Position numbers and translations under genes: made by a program
From: the human T2T-CHM13v2.0 reference genome, Homo sapiens
Assembly: GCF_009914755.1 (NCBI RefSeq)
Contig: NC_060934.1
Length of the DNA stretch: 64,000 nt
Direction: 5' to 3' (one strand)
In this document: positions 59,152-64,000 of the stretch, one piece after another
Position numbering within the stretch: the first letter of the stretch is position 1
Layout of the letters: the number at the start of each line of letters is the position of its first letter
Notes under the pieces: model-generated
Database searches by the model: none
Told to the model about the DNA's origin: nothing
Seen by the model: the letters and a program-made list of their open reading frames with translations, nothing else

Positions 59152-60184
59152 AGGGGGCCTTGAAAATACACTCAAGATAGTCTATGACAATCAGAGAACT
59201 GATAGTGATCATATCATGAGAATTGACTTCCCAAAATCCTATCTATGTTGATTGATAAGGAGTATGTTCATTCACTGATCTGGCCAAGGAGAATGTGACT
59301 GGCCACGATTGGCTTAGACTGATCTTGTCATTGGATTTCAACCCTGGCCATAAAATAGAACCACCTGAGTAGCTAAAGAAAATTGCCGACATCTAGGTCC
59401 ACACCAGTGATTCTAGACTCATTGGGGCTGAGGGAACAATGAGTACAAAGGCCGGGAGTCAAGAGAACATGGTGAGTTTATGTGGATATTGATAGTTCTA
59501 CATGGCCTGAACACAGCGTAGGGAAATAAATTCATCACCTTAGGCCTCAGGTGACACACTGGGACTACCACTGCTCTGTGAGACAAGGAAGTGGTGGGAT
59601 AAGATCTAATGCTTTGCACCTAAGTCTAAAATGTGGTAGGTTCCCCTGTAGCCATATCAAAGTAGGTGCTGTTAAACAAGGGAATCTTAAATAAATCTTT
59701 GAGAGAGTCTGCAGTGGTTAAGGGTGCATGCTTGCGTGCAGCAAAAGATGAGCTCAGTTCTATCATCTAACACCTGGGGAGCAAGCCAGGGGACCAGACC
59801 TGAACCTTTGCGGGGAATCAAGTACTTAAAGAGGTATCACCTTTAGATTACCTTGTCCTCACCCTGTTCCCACTATTGTCTTTCCATCGTAGTGTTGAAA
59901 ACTATAATGTCTACATATTTCACTGTAATGTCCACAAATTCAAAAAAAAAATGCCCAGGTTTGTAGAACGTGCTCCGTAAATGTGACAGTTTCTGCTCTA
60001 CTTGCAAAGCTCAATAACTTGTAGTCAGGTTCTTGGGCTCTTCCAAGAACTTACCATGCCAAAAACCTATCCTGATTCTACCATTTACTTGCTATGTGCT
60101 ATTGGGCAAGTTGCTTTACCTGTCTAAAACTCAGCTTCATCTGTAATATGGGGGTAATGATAAGTACTTAGGTCAGAGACTATG

Positions 60185-60578
60185 TGTTCCTCACACTTTC
60201 TTTTTCCTCCTGGTCATAGTCGTTGTGCACTTTTCCCAACCTTTCTTGCAGCTAGGCAGGCCATGTGATTGCATTCTATCCAATGGAATGTTGGCAGGAG
60301 TGATGCATGCTATATCCAGGCCTAGATCTTAAGAACCCTCCCATGGGGTCCCTGCCATGTGAACTTGCTCCCTCTACCCTCATCTGCCAGTGAGATGCAG
60401 AAGATCCAGTGAAGAACTTCAAGGTCCTGGGGAGGGTGAGTTTATTCAGGAAGGAACCTGAATCCCTCCCCCGCCTTCTGCCCATACTGTGCCATGGGTA
60501 AAAATCAGCCTTTAAAATATCAAGCCACTGAGATTTGAGGGTGTTTGTTATGGCTGTTAGCCTCACCTGACTAATTCA
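60185..60578 (+). mobile_element. MLT1 MaLR LTR inserted in a MIR
   Basis: cttgcagctaggcaggccatgtga...aagccactgagatttgagggtgtttgtta...tgactaat. Confidence 0.7.
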
Positions 60579-61343
60579 GCAATTCTGAGAATCAAACGAG
60601 AACATTTATTTATAATCACGGTGTCAGGCACAGAGTAAATATTTAGTAAGTAACAGCTATTTATCATCATATGATGTCAGCCCTGCTTTAGGTATGTAGA
60701 CTTTTCCATTCCCATATCTTCAAATGCTATTTCTTCCCTTTGATCCAGTGACCAAGACAACTCTGGATGTCCAGTGCTGCTTTATCTTTAAGCCTAATCA
60801 CAACATTAATGCATTGCTTCTCTCTGGACCTTGCTTTTCTAGTAACGTTTCCTCGCAAAAATATGGAGGGTAGAGGGGATGTTTCTATCGAGATGATAAT
60901 GGTTCTGAAATGAGTCAGAAGCATGAGGCATTTCAACTGGCATCATTCATCACAGCTCCATTTTTGCTTCCCCTGCCTTTCTGTATGAAGTCTACAGAGC
61001 TGAGAGTTAAATTAGTTTGAGAGCTGCCTCGGATGAGCAGCACAATCTGCTCCACTGTAGCGAACATTTCATAAAAACTGTTCCTGCCGAATTTTCATGA
61101 AACTTCCAAATTTTAATTAGAAACTGGAGAACCAGATGGGTGGCAAAAGGAATTTAAGGTAACAAGGGAGTAAGTGCTCTTACACTAAGGTAAAAATCAA
61201 TAACCGTGTGACCAAGTGGGCACTTAATTGGCATGATTTGGAAAGTTCTAGCGGTTCTCCCTGTGGCCCTCAAACATCTCCATTACATGACAACAATGCC
61301 TAAAATTGTTAATAAAAACCCTTCACAATCACATGTTATTTTA

Positions 61344-62810
<1,467 letters not shown>

Positions 62811-64000
62811 CTTTTGATTCCAAAATGGTAATGTAGAAACAAGCTTGCTTCACTCTCCCCAACAGAAAACCAAAAACAAATATACAGCTCTGAGATCATA
62901 ACCAGAAATATCCCAGAGCCAAAATATCAACATGAGAGAGTTTCTGGGGCCACAGCGAAGTTAAAAAAATAAAAATAAATAAACTTTAAGCAGATGGTAA
63001 TATACTCAGACTTCCACATCTGCAGTACCCCTCCTTCCATTCTTCCCAGCACAAAACAGAAAGATATCCCCCTCAAAAAAGTGAAATTGAGGTGGACAAC
63101 CAGTTTCTCCAACATTTTGGTTTCCCTGTCAGGAGACCTCTCCTTGCCTTAACCTATGGGAAGCATCATGAGCACCTGAAGGGAGAAATATTCCCGAGAA
63201 CAGGCAGAGACAAAGAGGGGAGTTAAGACTGCCATTTACAGCCCTGGAAACTATGCTGTTTCACTCAGCCAAAGGAGGCACCAAAACAGAGCAGCTTTTC
63301 TGCATTGCCACATTGTAGGGGATTCATCCTACAAGTCCCCTGGGCACAAACCTCTAGACAGCCTTCCCAAATTACCAGTGCATCCCCTTTGGGACCTCCC
63401 CTATTTGGAAAGGACAGTGCTATAATCGTTTACTGGAGCCAAAGTGAACCTGGGCTTAAGGTACCACCTAGAGCCAAAAAGGAGGCTGTGACCTAGCAGT
63501 AAAGAAACTTCAAGCAAACATATCCAATAAAAACCAAAACAAGCCAGACAGAGGAGAAATACATAACCGATCTTCCAATGCAAAGACATAGATGTAGGTC
63601 CACAAGAAACAACAGCAAACAGAAACATGAACTCTCCAAATAGACAAAGCAAAGAAACCAGTAACTGACCCTAATGAGATGGTGATATGTGAGCTATCTG
63701 ATGAATTCAAAATAGCAGTTTTAAGGAAATTCAGTGATCTCCAAGATGACACAGAAAGGCAATTCAGAAATTTATCAGAGGATTTTAACAAAGATATTGA
63801 AATAATTTTTTAAAAACAGAAATCTTGGAACTGAGAAATACATTTGTCATACTGAAAAATTCATTAGAGGCTTTCAACAGCAGAATAGATCAAGTCGAGG
63901 AAACACTCGGTGAACTTGAATACAGGCTATTTGAAAACACACAGACAAAGGAGAAAAAAGAATGAAAAGCAATGATTGCCTACAAGATACAGAAAACTAC
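62811..64000 (+). mobile_element. Old L1 5' UTR plus degraded ORF1 (continues beyond the window)
   Basis: Translation near 63680-63810 gives ICELSDEFKIAVLRKFSDLQDDTERQFRNLSE, typical of the L1 ORF1 coiled coil. Confidence 0.82.

Noticed and set aside
59700-59770. tRNA-like head (gcagtggttaagggtgc)
   Set aside because: No cloverleaf or intact B box; consistent with a degraded MIR 5' end.

Overview
This is human (or very closely related great-ape) genomic DNA, not prokaryotic; it has no CRISPR arrays, rRNA or tRNA genes. Positions ~700-32,500 carry FRA10AC1 (C10orf4, a spliceosome-associated protein) on the minus strand. I reconstructed non-coding exon 1 and 12 phase-consistent coding exons (905 nt, MHGHGGYDSDFSDDEHCGESSKRKKR...GPLPETDEKS); the final coding exon lies left of the window. 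Exon 1 sits in a CpG island and contains the FRA10A fragile-site CGG repeat, here (CGG)7 followed by TGG TGG TTG TGG. Positions ~33,000-64,000 are repeat-rich intergenic DNA (Alu, L1, L2, MIR, MaLR and ERV1 LTRs, Tigger2); from recall, LGI1 lies beyond the right edge. The most notable observations are: (1) the poly-Gly frame of the CGG repeat is stop-free and splices in frame onto the FRA10AC1 ATG, and a tandem donor 4 nt away would instead put an AUG-initiated poly-Ala frame in register; (2) intron 4 is a U12-type minor intron; (3) a 67-aa +1-frame ORF runs across exons 2-4; (4) two ~80-bp local templated duplications are present, one a 75/76-identical inverted copy; (5) there are candidate poison exons; (6) an ERV1 LTR retains RFX, octamer and TATA motifs. 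Exon coordinates were derived by hand from splice sites and frame. Repeat boundaries and subfamily names are approximate, by-eye calls.
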